This document shows, in pieces, positions 18,294-27,140 of a stretch of 64,000 bases of DNA. The DNA lies in contig JBBEBM010000067.1 in assembly GCA_040882355.1 (NCBI GenBank), positions 1-64,000 of the forward strand, given 5' to 3'. This DNA comes from Dehalococcoidia bacterium. Its GTDB lineage: Bacteria; Chloroflexota; Dehalococcoidia; DSTF01; RBG-16-68-14. The translations under genes were made by a program, and so were the position numbers. The notes under the pieces are model-generated. The model ran no database searches. It was not told the origin of the DNA and was given only the letters and a program-made list of their open reading frames with translations. Positions within the stretch are counted from its first letter, which is position 1. Every line of letters starts with the position of its first letter.

Positions 18294-19154
18294 CTAGAAC
18301 ATGACGGACGGGCAGAAGGTGCCCTGGGGCTCTTCGTACGGGCCAAGCGCCATCAGGTTCATGACCTTGGTGTTGCGGTGGCCGGCCGCCAGCGCCCGGC
18401 GGTAGAGCTCGCCCTGCCGCAACGGCACGAACGAGTGCGACTCCGGCACACTGACGCCCAGCCCCGCGAGCAAGGCGAGCATATCGTCTTCCGACTCAGC
18501 GACGCCGTGCCCGAGAGCGGTGCCCAGGAGATACCCGGCGACTCGCCCACCGCGGTCGATCGTGAGCGCGGGAAAGCCGAGCCCCATCAGCACGGCGCAC
18601 TCGCCCTTGCGACTGATGAGGTAGACGCTGCGGCACAACTCGTCCATCGCATCGAGGTCGTCGGCCGTGGCCGGTCGCAGGTTAGGGTCGAGAGCGCCTT
18701 CCTGCGAGAGCGCCACGTAGGAGAGCGGCTCCTTCGTGTCGAAGCCGAGCGAGGAGTAGAGGGCGAGCGACTGCATGTTGAACGAGTCCTGGCAGAGCCG
18801 GATCATCTCATAGCCTTGCGCCCGGCCGTGCGCGACGACGTCCGTCATCGTCTGGCGCCCGATACCCCGCCCCTGGGAGCCCACGTCCACCGAGACCGGC
18901 CCCACGCCCGCGACCTCGCCCCACATGTTGAGGAAGTTCGATCCCTTCGCGGCGCCGTCCTCGAACGCGGCGACGCCGTACACCTGCTCGTTCTGCACGA
19001 GCAGCCCGACGACCTGCTGCGCGAACTCTACGGTCGAGAAATCGCTCAGGAAGCCGTGCCGCTCCGAGATGTCCTTGAACGCTTCGTAGCAGATGCGCCC
19101 CAGCTCGGACACGTCTTCCGGGCGCGCGGACCGCAGCTCGATGGCCATCGTCAT
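18294..19154 (-). CDS. GNAT family acetyltransferase
   Basis: GPVSVD..SQGRGIG, SLALYSSLGF. Confidence 0.88.
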   Translation of the reverse strand: MTMAIELRSARPEDVSELGRICYEAFKDISERHGFLSDFSTVEFAQQVVGLLVQNEQVYGVAAFEDGAAKGSNFLNMWGEVAGVGPVSVDVGSQGRGIGRQTMTDVVAHGRAQGYEMIRLCQDSFNMQSLALYSSLGFDTKEPLSYVALSQEGALDPNLRPATADDLDAMDELCRSVYLISRKGECAVLMGLGFPALTIDRGGRVAGYLLGTALGHGVAESEDDMLALLAGLGVSVPESHSFVPLRQGELYRRALAAGHRNTKVMNLMALGPYEEPQGTFCPSVMF

Positions 19155-19158
19155 CCTC

Positions 19159-20277
19159 CTAATCGATCGGCAGCCCGAACGCCATCCGGCCGGCGTACTG
19201 GCGCTGAGGCATCTCCTGCATGGGGTGGAAGCGCGCCCCCTGGACGTCGCGGAAGAGACGCTCCAGGCCGGCCTTGCGGTAGAAGGCGGCGCCGCTGCCC
19301 AGCTCCAGCGCCCGCTCGACCGTGCGTACGGCGGCGCGACCGGCGAGGGTCCTGCCGATCGTCGCGCGGTTCGTCGCTTCCGGGCCGGGCTGGCTCGTGC
19401 TGCCGTTCTCGATCATGTCGCGCAGCGCGAGCCGGGCGCCTGTCAGCTCGTTGTCGAGCTCGCCGGCGAGCAACTGGACGCCCGTATCGTCACGCTTCTT
19501 CTCCGCCAGCCGCAGCGCGAGGTCGCGCGCCGCTTCGGCGACGCCGACGTAGACCGAGTAGATGAGCGGCAGCGCGATCATGGCGACGGTGTGCATCGCC
19601 GGATGCCACACGCCGGCCGGCCGGCGCACGGCGACCGCGCCCTCAGGTACGAAGACGTCCTCCAGCGTAACGTCATTCGAGCCGGTCGCGCGCATGCCGA
19701 GGGTGTGCCAGGTGTCGAGGACCTTCGCCCCCTCGTCGTTGAGCGCGACGGGAAGGTGCAAGACGGTGCGCCCATCGTTGGGGTCGTCATAGACCGCGGT
19801 CGTCATGAGCATCGCGCCGGCGGGGACGCCGCTGCAGAAGATCTTGCGCCCGCTCACGCGGAACCCGCCGTCGACCTTCTCGGCAGTGCCGGAGCCGTCC
19901 AGCCAGTCGGATCCCCCCGTGGAGACGAGGACCGGCTGCTCCTTCGCCACGCGCTCCAGTAGCGCATTCACCGGTGCTCCCTGGTTTCGGTAGCGCCAGG
20001 CCGGCACGGCCACCAGGTGCGTATGCATCGAGAGCGCCAGCGCGGTCGAGCCGCAGTAGTGGGCGAGCGTGCGCAGCAGGTCGCACAGGTCCTGGAGGGA
20101 CGCGTCGCCACCGCCGAGGTCGGCCGGCACGGCCGCGCCAAAGACGTTGCGCGCCTTCAGCTCTTCGTAATTCTTGTGCACGAACGAGTCGTCCTGGTCG
20201 TGCTGGGCCGCGCGTTCGGCGAACGCGGGTCCCAGCTCGTTCGCGAGGCCAATCCAGTCCTGTGTCGTGGTGGTCAT
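19159..20277 (-). CDS. Acyl-CoA dehydrogenase family protein
   Basis: AERAAQHD, GRKIFCSG, W.TLGMRATGS, LERLFRD. Confidence 0.9.
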   Translation of the reverse strand: MTTTTQDWIGLANELGPAFAERAAQHDQDDSFVHKNYEELKARNVFGAAVPADLGGGDASLQDLCDLLRTLAHYCGSTALALSMHTHLVAVPAWRYRNQGAPVNALLERVAKEQPVLVSTGGSDWLDGSGTAEKVDGGFRVSGRKIFCSGVPAGAMLMTTAVYDDPNDGRTVLHLPVALNDEGAKVLDTWHTLGMRATGSNDVTLEDVFVPEGAVAVRRPAGVWHPAMHTVAMIALPLIYSVYVGVAEAARDLALRLAEKKRDDTGVQLLAGELDNELTGARLALRDMIENGSTSQPGPEATNRATIGRTLAGRAAVRTVERALELGSGAAFYRKAGLERLFRDVQGARFHPMQEMPQRQYAGRMAFGLPID

Positions 20278-20308
20278 GTCGCTACCTCCAACCTCAGCTC
20301 CCCGACTC

Positions 20309-21250
20309 TTATACTCTTACCAGCTTCGCCAGCTCTGACTTCACGGCGAGCGCCGCCTGAACGACCTCGTCCTGGTTGCGCTGCGCTCCGACGAGGTTGA
20401 TGTGGTGACAGCCCGCCTCCAGATACGGCGCCAGGAACTGCGCGATCTCCTCGGGACGCCCATAGGGCGAGTACTTCTCGAATCGGTCGAACGGGATCTG
20501 GTAGAAGCCCTCCATCCGCCGCGCGAGCAGCTTGCGCGCCTCGTCGCGTTCGTCGTCGACGGCGTACCAGAGCTGCAGGCCAAGCACGATCTGCGAGGCA
20601 TCGCGGCCGGCCTCCGCTGCCCACTCGTCGATCTTCTCGCGCGCCTCGACCATGCGGCGAGGCGACACCCAGATCGACGTCCAGGCGTCGCCGAAGCGGG
20701 CGGTGCGGCGCAGCGCCGCGTCCGAACGACCGCCGATGTAGATCGGCACCCCGGTCTCGCGAAAGGGCTTCGGCTGCAGGCGCACCTTGTTGAGCTGGAA
20801 GTATTTGCCGTCGAAGGTCGTCTCCTCCTGCGTCCAGAGGGAGCGCAGGATTTCCAGCGACTCGTCCGTGCGGCGGGCGCGCGTCTTCGGATCGACGCCG
20901 CAGGCCCACCACTCGTTCGGGTCCTCGCCACCGATGCCGACGCCGAGCACCAGGCGGCCACGGCTGAGCTGGTCGACCATCGCGCACTGGAGCGCGACGG
21001 CCGTCGGGTGGCGCAGCGCGAGCAGATAGACGCTGGTCTTCAGCTCCATGCGTTCGGTAACGGCGGCGACGGCAGCGAGGTTGATCAGGCCGTCGTTGCC
21101 GGAGCCGTAGAACGTGACGTGGTCGCCGGCGAAGAGGCTATCGACGCCGGCCGCCTCGGCCTCGCGAGCTGCGTCCAGCACCTGTTCGGCGGCGATGCCG
21201 GCGCGGACGTTCCAAGCGCCGGTGGGGACGGAGATGATGGGGAGTTGCAT
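20309..21250 (-). CDS. LLM class flavin-dependent oxidoreductase
   Basis: GDH, LRHP, DQLSRGRL.LG.G.G, PIYIGG.S.AA..R.AR. Confidence 0.92.
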   Translation of the reverse strand: MQLPIISVPTGAWNVRAGIAAEQVLDAAREAEAAGVDSLFAGDHVTFYGSGNDGLINLAAVAAVTERMELKTSVYLLALRHPTAVALQCAMVDQLSRGRLVLGVGIGGEDPNEWWACGVDPKTRARRTDESLEILRSLWTQEETTFDGKYFQLNKVRLQPKPFRETGVPIYIGGRSDAALRRTARFGDAWTSIWVSPRRMVEAREKIDEWAAEAGRDASQIVLGLQLWYAVDDERDEARKLLARRMEGFYQIPFDRFEKYSPYGRPEEIAQFLAPYLEAGCHHINLVGAQRNQDEVVQAALAVKSELAKLVRV

Positions 21251-21383
21251 GATCGCGTAACCTGTCCTGTCCTTTCCTATCCTTGCGTGCGAAGGAGCGA
21301 CATCTCAATCGCAATGTCGAGCGGGGCTGAAGCCCTGCAGATGCGGCGTCTTCAATCTGTTGGCGCGGCCCTGCGGTCGCGCA

Positions 21384-21406
21384 GGGCGACCGGATGGTCG
21401 CCCTAC
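21384..21406 (-). repeat. GTAG-type REP
   Basis: Minus strand GTAGGGCGACCatccGGTCGCCC; its TAG is the stop of the CoA-transferase. Confidence 0.75.
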
Positions 21407-22620
21407 ATGTTCGCGTCGTGCTTCGGGCCGATGGCACCCTCGTTCCGAAGCGCCTCAATCTCGGCCCAGGAGTAGCCGGCCTCCAGCAGGACCTCTTCTG
21501 TGTGCTGGCCCAGCTCCGGCGCCAGGCTCGTGATCGCCGTTGGGCTCGCTGTGAACTGGATCGGCGTCGTCACCATGCCGACGGGCGGGCCGTCCGGCCG
21601 CTCGACCTGGACGATGTACCCGTTCGCCAGGACCTGCGGGTCGTTGACGACCTCCTCGTAGTCCTGGACGAGCGCGCTGAACACGCCCCGCCCGCACAGC
21701 TCGCTGACCCACTCCGCAGCCGGGCGCTGCGCGAAGGCCTCGTCCAGCAGGGTGAGCAGCTCCTTCGCGTGCCTGCCGACGCGGCTGCGGTAATCGGCGA
21801 AGCGTTCGTCGTGCTCAAGCTCCGGCCGGCCGAGGGCGGCGCAGATGTCGCTCCAGTGACGGTCCTGCAGGATGCCGATCACGAAGTGGCGGCCGTCGCT
21901 GCCGGCATAGGTGTTCCAGAACGGCAGCGCACTGGGACGCGGTGTCCGGCCGGGCACGATGCCCGACAGCATGTACGTGGTTAGGTTGAACGACTGAAGC
22001 GCCAGCACGGTGCCCAGGAGTGACGTGTCGACCTGCTGGCCCTCGCCGGTGCGTTCGCGATGCCAGAGCGCGGCCAGGATGCCGGTGACCACCATGATGC
22101 CGCCCACCTGGTCGGCGACGGGCGCGCCGACGTTTTGAGGCGGACCGTCCGGGCCACCGTTGATCGACATCAGGCCGCCGCGAGCCTGGCCTAGCAGGTC
22201 GAATGAGCCCTCCTCCGCCTCCGGGCCGTCCCGGCCCCAGCCGGAGGCGCGGGCGTAGATGATCCTCGGGTTCACCTTCGACAGCTCTTCGTAGCCGATG
22301 CCGAGGCGCTCGGCGACGCCGGGCCGGTAGTTCATGAGGAAGACGTCCGCGTCGCGGGCGAGGCGTAGAAGGGCCTCGCGCCCTTTCGGATGCTTCAGGT
22401 CCAGGGCGAGGGAGCGCTTGCCCCGATTCAGGGCCTGGAAATAGCCGCTCATACCACCAGCCTGCTGGATTTGCACCAGCCCGCGGCCGGGGTCGCCGCT
22501 GGTCGGCTCCTCGATCTTGATCACATCGGCGCCCAGATCGGCCAGCATGGCCGAGCCGGACGTGCCTTGCTGCCAGATCGTCCAATCGAGGACGCGGATC
22601 CCTTCAAGCGGGCCGGGCAT
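21403..22620 (-). CDS. CaiB/BaiF family CoA-transferase
   Basis: PLEGIRVLD, DLGADVIKIE, NRGKRS, APELGQHTEEVL. Confidence 0.94.
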   Translation of the reverse strand: MPGPLEGIRVLDWTIWQQGTSGSAMLADLGADVIKIEEPTSGDPGRGLVQIQQAGGMSGYFQALNRGKRSLALDLKHPKGREALLRLARDADVFLMNYRPGVAERLGIGYEELSKVNPRIIYARASGWGRDGPEAEEGSFDLLGQARGGLMSINGGPDGPPQNVGAPVADQVGGIMVVTGILAALWHRERTGEGQQVDTSLLGTVLALQSFNLTTYMLSGIVPGRTPRPSALPFWNTYAGSDGRHFVIGILQDRHWSDICAALGRPELEHDERFADYRSRVGRHAKELLTLLDEAFAQRPAAEWVSELCGRGVFSALVQDYEEVVNDPQVLANGYIVQVERPDGPPVGMVTTPIQFTASPTAITSLAPELGQHTEEVLLEAGYSWAEIEALRNEGAIGPKHDANM

Positions 22621-22736
22621 TCGAACCTCCTCAGCGAGTCTCTTATAGCAGAAACGGACGGCCGGTCGGAAGCGTTGGACTGTTCGAGAGCGGGGAATCG
22701 GACGATTCTACCTGAAGAGACCCTGGAGGAGAGGCC

Positions 22737-23216
22737 ATGACCGTCAAAGACGTAGACACCGGGCTCCTCGATAGCGAGTACTTCCTGGACTTCCTGAGCA
22801 AGGAGGTCGGGAACGCCTCCATGCACGGCGAACCCTATTCAGTCATTGTCTGCTATCCGCAGCGCTTTTCGGACGAACACTTGATCGAGGTGGTGCAGGC
22901 GGCAGCGGCGTGCGTGAGGGAGCTCCTCCGCGACGAGGACGTGGTGGGCCGCCTGGCCGAGGACGTGATCGCCATCGGCCTGCCTAACACCGCGCCGGAC
23001 GGCGCCCGCGTGCTGACGTACCGGCTGAAGGGCGACCTGGCGATCAAGACATCGCACCTACGCACCTCCGTCTGGGAAGCAGGCTACGCCTGCCTGCCGG
23101 ACGACGGGCTCACGGGGACCGAGCTGCTCGAGGTCGCCTATGACGGCGCGAAGCACGGTCGCGACGCGCGCGTGCCGGGCAGCGAGCTGCCGCCCATCCC
23201 CCTCGGCTTCGATTGA
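22737..23216 (+). CDS. Degenerate stand-alone GGDEF-like domain protein
   Basis: D.DTGL, LRDEDVVGR, AGYACLP.DG; signature replaced by LAEDV. Confidence 0.7.
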   Translation: MTVKDVDTGLLDSEYFLDFLSKEVGNASMHGEPYSVIVCYPQRFSDEHLIEVVQAAAACVRELLRDEDVVGRLAEDVIAIGLPNTAPDGARVLTYRLKGDLAIKTSHLRTSVWEAGYACLPDDGLTGTELLEVAYDGAKHGRDARVPGSELPPIPLGFD

Positions 23217-23250
23217 CCGCGTCCGCCCGATGCCCTACAACTGTAGGGTT

Positions 23251-24099
23251 ATGGGCATCAGGGAAGGCTTCGTCGACAGCGACGGGGTCGCTCTCCACTA
23301 CCTCGATTGGGCCGGCGAGGGCCCGCCGCTCGTCCTCATCCACGCCACCGGCTTCCTCGCCCAGCTCTGGCGTCCGATCGCCGAGGAGCTGTCGAGCCGC
23401 TTCCGCGTCGTCGCCGTCGACCAACGCGGCCACGGCGACAGCGACAAGCCGCCGGACGGTTATCGCTTCGAGGCGCTCGCCGACGACCTCCAGCGCGTGA
23501 TCGAGGCGCTGGAGCTAGAGGCGCCTGTCGTCGCCGGGCATTCGTCCGGCGGCACGACCATCGTGGTCCACGCGGCGCGACATCCCGACGTCATCCAGCG
23601 CGCCGTCTTAATCGAGCCGATCCTGCCCCGCGCTGACTGGTCCACACAACCGCCGGGCGGCCGCACATCGAACTCGCTGGCGGACGGCGCCCGCAAGCGT
23701 CGCGCGGTCTGGCCGAGCCGCGACGAGCTGCTGGAGACGTACCGAACGCGGCCCACCTTCGCGACGTGGCGGGAGGACGTGCTGCGCCTCTACGTTGAGG
23801 AAGGCACCTGGATGCGCGAGGACGGCCACGTGGAGTTGAAGTGCCCGCCGGAGATCGAGGGACAGTACTTCGACGCGGTCCGCCACGTCGAGCCGTGGGA
23901 AGCGGTGTCTCAGCTTCGATGTCCCACACTGGCGCTCTGGGGCGCCGAGAGCCACCTGCACGGCCGCGGGCTTGACGCAGCGCTGCAGCAGGCGTTGCCC
24001 AACGGCCGGACCGAGGACGTCAAAGGCGCGACGCACTTCCTGCCCCAGGAGCGCCCCGACGAGGTGGCGCGTCTGATGCTGGAGTTCTTCTCGGATTGA
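23251..24099 (+). CDS. Alpha/beta hydrolase
   Basis: HATGF, DQRGHGDS, GHSSGG, H..PQE.P. Confidence 0.92.
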   Translation: MGIREGFVDSDGVALHYLDWAGEGPPLVLIHATGFLAQLWRPIAEELSSRFRVVAVDQRGHGDSDKPPDGYRFEALADDLQRVIEALELEAPVVAGHSSGGTTIVVHAARHPDVIQRAVLIEPILPRADWSTQPPGGRTSNSLADGARKRRAVWPSRDELLETYRTRPTFATWREDVLRLYVEEGTWMREDGHVELKCPPEIEGQYFDAVRHVEPWEAVSQLRCPTLALWGAESHLHGRGLDAALQQALPNGRTEDVKGATHFLPQERPDEVARLMLEFFSD

Positions 24100-24115
24100 G
24101 GGGACGGAGGCTGGG

Positions 24116-25360
24116 TTGACGGAGTTTCGACGCGTCGTCGTCACGGGCCTGGGCGTGGTGAGCCCTGTGGGTCAGGACGTCGACACCTTCTGGCAGAGCC
24201 TGCTCGCCGGCCGCTCCGGCATCGGCCCGATCAGCGGCTTCGACGCCTCGAACTTCCCGGTGCGCGTAGCGGGCGAGGTGCGCGACTTCGACCCGCAGCA
24301 GCACATGGACTTCAAGATGGCGCGCCGGAGCGGCCGCTTCGCGCACCTTGCCGTCGCCGCCGCCAAGCAGGCGCTTTGCTCGGGCGGTCTGGAGGTGAAC
24401 GATGAGACGCGCGACGAGATCGGCGTCGTCATCGCCACGACCGGTGGCACATTCGACATGGGTCCCGCGCACGAGGCGCTCGCCCAGCGCGGCCCGACGA
24501 AGGTCGACCCGCTGGCGATCCCGCGCTACGGCGCTCACATGGCCGCGGCCCGCCCGGGCCGGGTGCTGGGTGTGCGGGGGCCGAACACCACCATCAGCTC
24601 CGCCTGCGCATCGGGCACCGACGCGCTGGGCCACGCCCTGATCATGATCCGCGCGGGCGTCGCCGACGTGCTCCTGGCCGGCGCGAGCGAGGCGATCGTC
24701 TCGCCGCTGGGCATCGCCTCGATGGGCACGCTGGGCGCCCTCACGAAGGACTGGAACGATGAGCCAGAGCGCGCCTCTCGCCCGTTCGACGCGAAGCGCT
24801 CGGGCTTCGTGCTGGCTGAGGGCGCGGGCATCCTGCTGCTTGAGGCGGAGGAGCACGCGCAGGCGCGCGGCGCGAAGGTCCTCGCGGAGTTCGCCGGCTG
24901 CGGCTGGTCGTTCGACGCCACCGACGACGCCGCGCCGGATGCAGAAGGCCAGTCGCTGGCGATGGTCCGGGCGCTGAAGTCGGCCGGGCTACGACCTGAG
25001 GACGTGAGCTACATCAGCGCCCACGGGACATCGACCGAGCTGAACGACAAGGCGGAGACCGCCGCGATCAAGCTCGCGCTCGGCGAGGACGTCGCGCGGC
25101 GCGTGCCGGTCAGCTCGATCAAGTCGATGACCGGCCACTCGGGCGCGGGCGCGGGCGGCGTCGAGGCGGTAGCGAGCGTGCTCACCCTGCGCGACAACAT
25201 GCTCCCGCCCACGATCAACTACGAGTTTCCCGACCCCGCCTGCGACCTGGATTACGTGCCCAACGAGGCGCGCGCGCATCAGGTAGACGTCGTACTCTCC
25301 AACTCCTTCGGCCTGGGCGGGCAAAACGCATGCCTGGTGCTGCGGCGATACCGCACCTAG
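24116..25360 (+). CDS. fabF: Beta-ketoacyl-ACP synthase II
   Basis: RRVVVTGLG, SACASG, SRPFD, AHGTST, KSMTGH, SNSFG.GG.N. Confidence 0.9.
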   Translation: MTEFRRVVVTGLGVVSPVGQDVDTFWQSLLAGRSGIGPISGFDASNFPVRVAGEVRDFDPQQHMDFKMARRSGRFAHLAVAAAKQALCSGGLEVNDETRDEIGVVIATTGGTFDMGPAHEALAQRGPTKVDPLAIPRYGAHMAAARPGRVLGVRGPNTTISSACASGTDALGHALIMIRAGVADVLLAGASEAIVSPLGIASMGTLGALTKDWNDEPERASRPFDAKRSGFVLAEGAGILLLEAEEHAQARGAKVLAEFAGCGWSFDATDDAAPDAEGQSLAMVRALKSAGLRPEDVSYISAHGTSTELNDKAETAAIKLALGEDVARRVPVSSIKSMTGHSGAGAGGVEAVASVLTLRDNMLPPTINYEFPDPACDLDYVPNEARAHQVDVVLSNSFGLGGQNACLVLRRYRT

Positions 25361-25409
25361 GGGTTTCCCGCCTCCAGCCTCCTCCGCTCCTGCCGAGTAT
25401 CCTCATAGG

Positions 25410-26123
25410 ATGCTTAGCCTGCTCTTCGGACTGCTCGGCGTGCCGGTCGGGCTGGCGCTCGACCAGGGCGTCGAGCGCCTCGCCGTCCCTCCGGGCGACG
25501 ACGAGGACGCCTCGCTCGAAGCCGACGCCTCGCCGCCCGCGCTCCACGCCGAGGCCGGCACGCTCGTCGTCGCCGCGTCGCCGACGCAGGAGTGGCTGCG
25601 ACGGGCGCTCATCGTCGCCGCGACGGCGGGCCTGTTCGCCGCGGCCGGCCTGCGTTACGACGACCCGCTGGACCTGACGATCGTCGCGGCGTATTGCTGC
25701 GTGCTGCTCGTGTGCGCCGCCACCGACGCCCTCTCGTTCCGGGTGCCGAACGTCGTCACCTACCCGGCGATCCTGGGCGCGCTGCTCATCGGCGGCGTCA
25801 TGCCGGACGCCAACATCCTGGGCGTGCTCGCTGGCGGGGCGCTGGCCGGCGGGGTGCTCCTGGTGCCGTCGCTGATCACGGGCGGCGTCGGCATGGGCAT
25901 GGGCGACGTGAAGCTGGCGACGTTCGTCGGGCTGGCGCTGGGCTTCGAGCTGGCGGTGCCGGCGATGCTGCTGATGGCCTTCGCAGGCGGCATCGCGGCG
26001 GTGCTGCTGCTGCTCACCGGCATCCGCAAGCGCGGCGAGCCGATCCCCTACGCGCCCTTCATTTCGGGCGGAGCGCTGGCGGTGCTCCTCTGGCAGGGCA
26101 CGGCCTTCGTCGTGCTCACCTAA
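25410..26123 (+). CDS. A24 family prepilin peptidase
   Basis: Multi-TM; ATD...RVPN, GMGDVKL, IPYAPFI. Confidence 0.88.
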   Translation: MLSLLFGLLGVPVGLALDQGVERLAVPPGDDEDASLEADASPPALHAEAGTLVVAASPTQEWLRRALIVAATAGLFAAAGLRYDDPLDLTIVAAYCCVLLVCAATDALSFRVPNVVTYPAILGALLIGGVMPDANILGVLAGGALAGGVLLVPSLITGGVGMGMGDVKLATFVGLALGFELAVPAMLLMAFAGGIAAVLLLLTGIRKRGEPIPYAPFISGGALAVLLWQGTAFVVLT

Positions 26124-26237
26124 TTCGCGACGAACTTTCCTCTTACGACATAAGAACCCTCTCCTCAAGTCGCAGCCGCGCTAGAATGAGGCGCAGGGCG
26201 CGCCCGCGTCCTCACGCCACTCGTTCAGCGAGGCCGC

Positions 26238-27059
26238 ATGCCGATCCAAGTCAAGCTGCTTGACTACACGCAGGACCCGATCCGGTCGCTCTACGTCGCC
26301 TACCGGACGGCGTACTCCGCCCTAACGCCGATCCAGATCGACAAGCGCATCGAGGACGGGCGCATCTCGCGCGAGCAGATGGAGGAGTTCATTGAGCGGC
26401 GCCTCCAGACCGGCCACGCGTCGCCGCTGGAGCAGGTCTGGTTCGAGTTCGGCATCTCGGGCGTGAGCCGAGCGTTCAGCCACCAGTTCGTGCGGCATCG
26501 CATCGGCATCAGCTTCGAGCAGCAGAGCCAGCGTTACGTCAAGTTCAAGGACGCGCGCTTCCCCTACGCGATCCCGGAGTCGGTGCAGCGGGCGGGCATG
26601 GCCGACAAGATGAAGGGCGCCTTCGAAGAGATCGGCCGGCTCTACCAGGAGCTGCTCGACGCGGGGGTGCCCGCGGAGGACGCTCGCTTCCTTCTCCCCA
26701 ATGCGACGAGCACGAACTTCAAAGTCGTCGTCAACTTCCAGGAGCTGCTCCACATCTGCGACCTGCGGCTGTGCACGCGGGCGCAGTGGGAGTTCCGCAA
26801 GGTGGCGTCGCTGATGCGCGCGGAGGTGAACCGTCGCTTCCCGGACTTCGGGCGCCACCTCCAGCCCAAGTGCGGCGAGCGTCGCTACGGCTACTGCGAC
26901 GAAGACTACGAGGCCTGGCAGGCCTGCCCCATCGGCCGGAAGCGCCCCCACAAGCGCGACCTCTTCGCGCTCTTCGACTCCTACCGCAAGGGCGAGCTGA
27001 TCCCCCTGGACGAGGCCGACTTCAAGCTGATCGAAAAGGAAGAGACGAGCGTGCCGTAG
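26238..27059 (+). CDS. thyX: FAD-dependent thymidylate synthase
   Basis: GH.SPLE, SRAFSHQFVRHR, QQSQRYV, AQWE. Confidence 0.95.
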   Translation: MPIQVKLLDYTQDPIRSLYVAYRTAYSALTPIQIDKRIEDGRISREQMEEFIERRLQTGHASPLEQVWFEFGISGVSRAFSHQFVRHRIGISFEQQSQRYVKFKDARFPYAIPESVQRAGMADKMKGAFEEIGRLYQELLDAGVPAEDARFLLPNATSTNFKVVVNFQELLHICDLRLCTRAQWEFRKVASLMRAEVNRRFPDFGRHLQPKCGERRYGYCDEDYEAWQACPIGRKRPHKRDLFALFDSYRKGELIPLDEADFKLIEKEETSVP

Positions 27060-27069
27060 GGCTGGCCGC

Positions 27070-27097
27070 TTGACAAGCTAGGCGGCGGAGCTATACT
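27070..27097 (+). promoter_or_regulatory. Putative sigma70 promoter
   Basis: TTGACA-16 nt-TATACT; GGAGG RBS before 27141. Confidence 0.6.
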
Positions 27098-27140
27098 TGG
27101 CACGTTCTGTAGCTCTTGCTGCGGCGGGGAGGATACCGCG

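Noticed and set aside
24116..25360. Ketosynthase as part of a PKS cluster
   Set aside because: No ACP, chain-length factor or tailoring genes nearby; it looks like an ordinary FabF.
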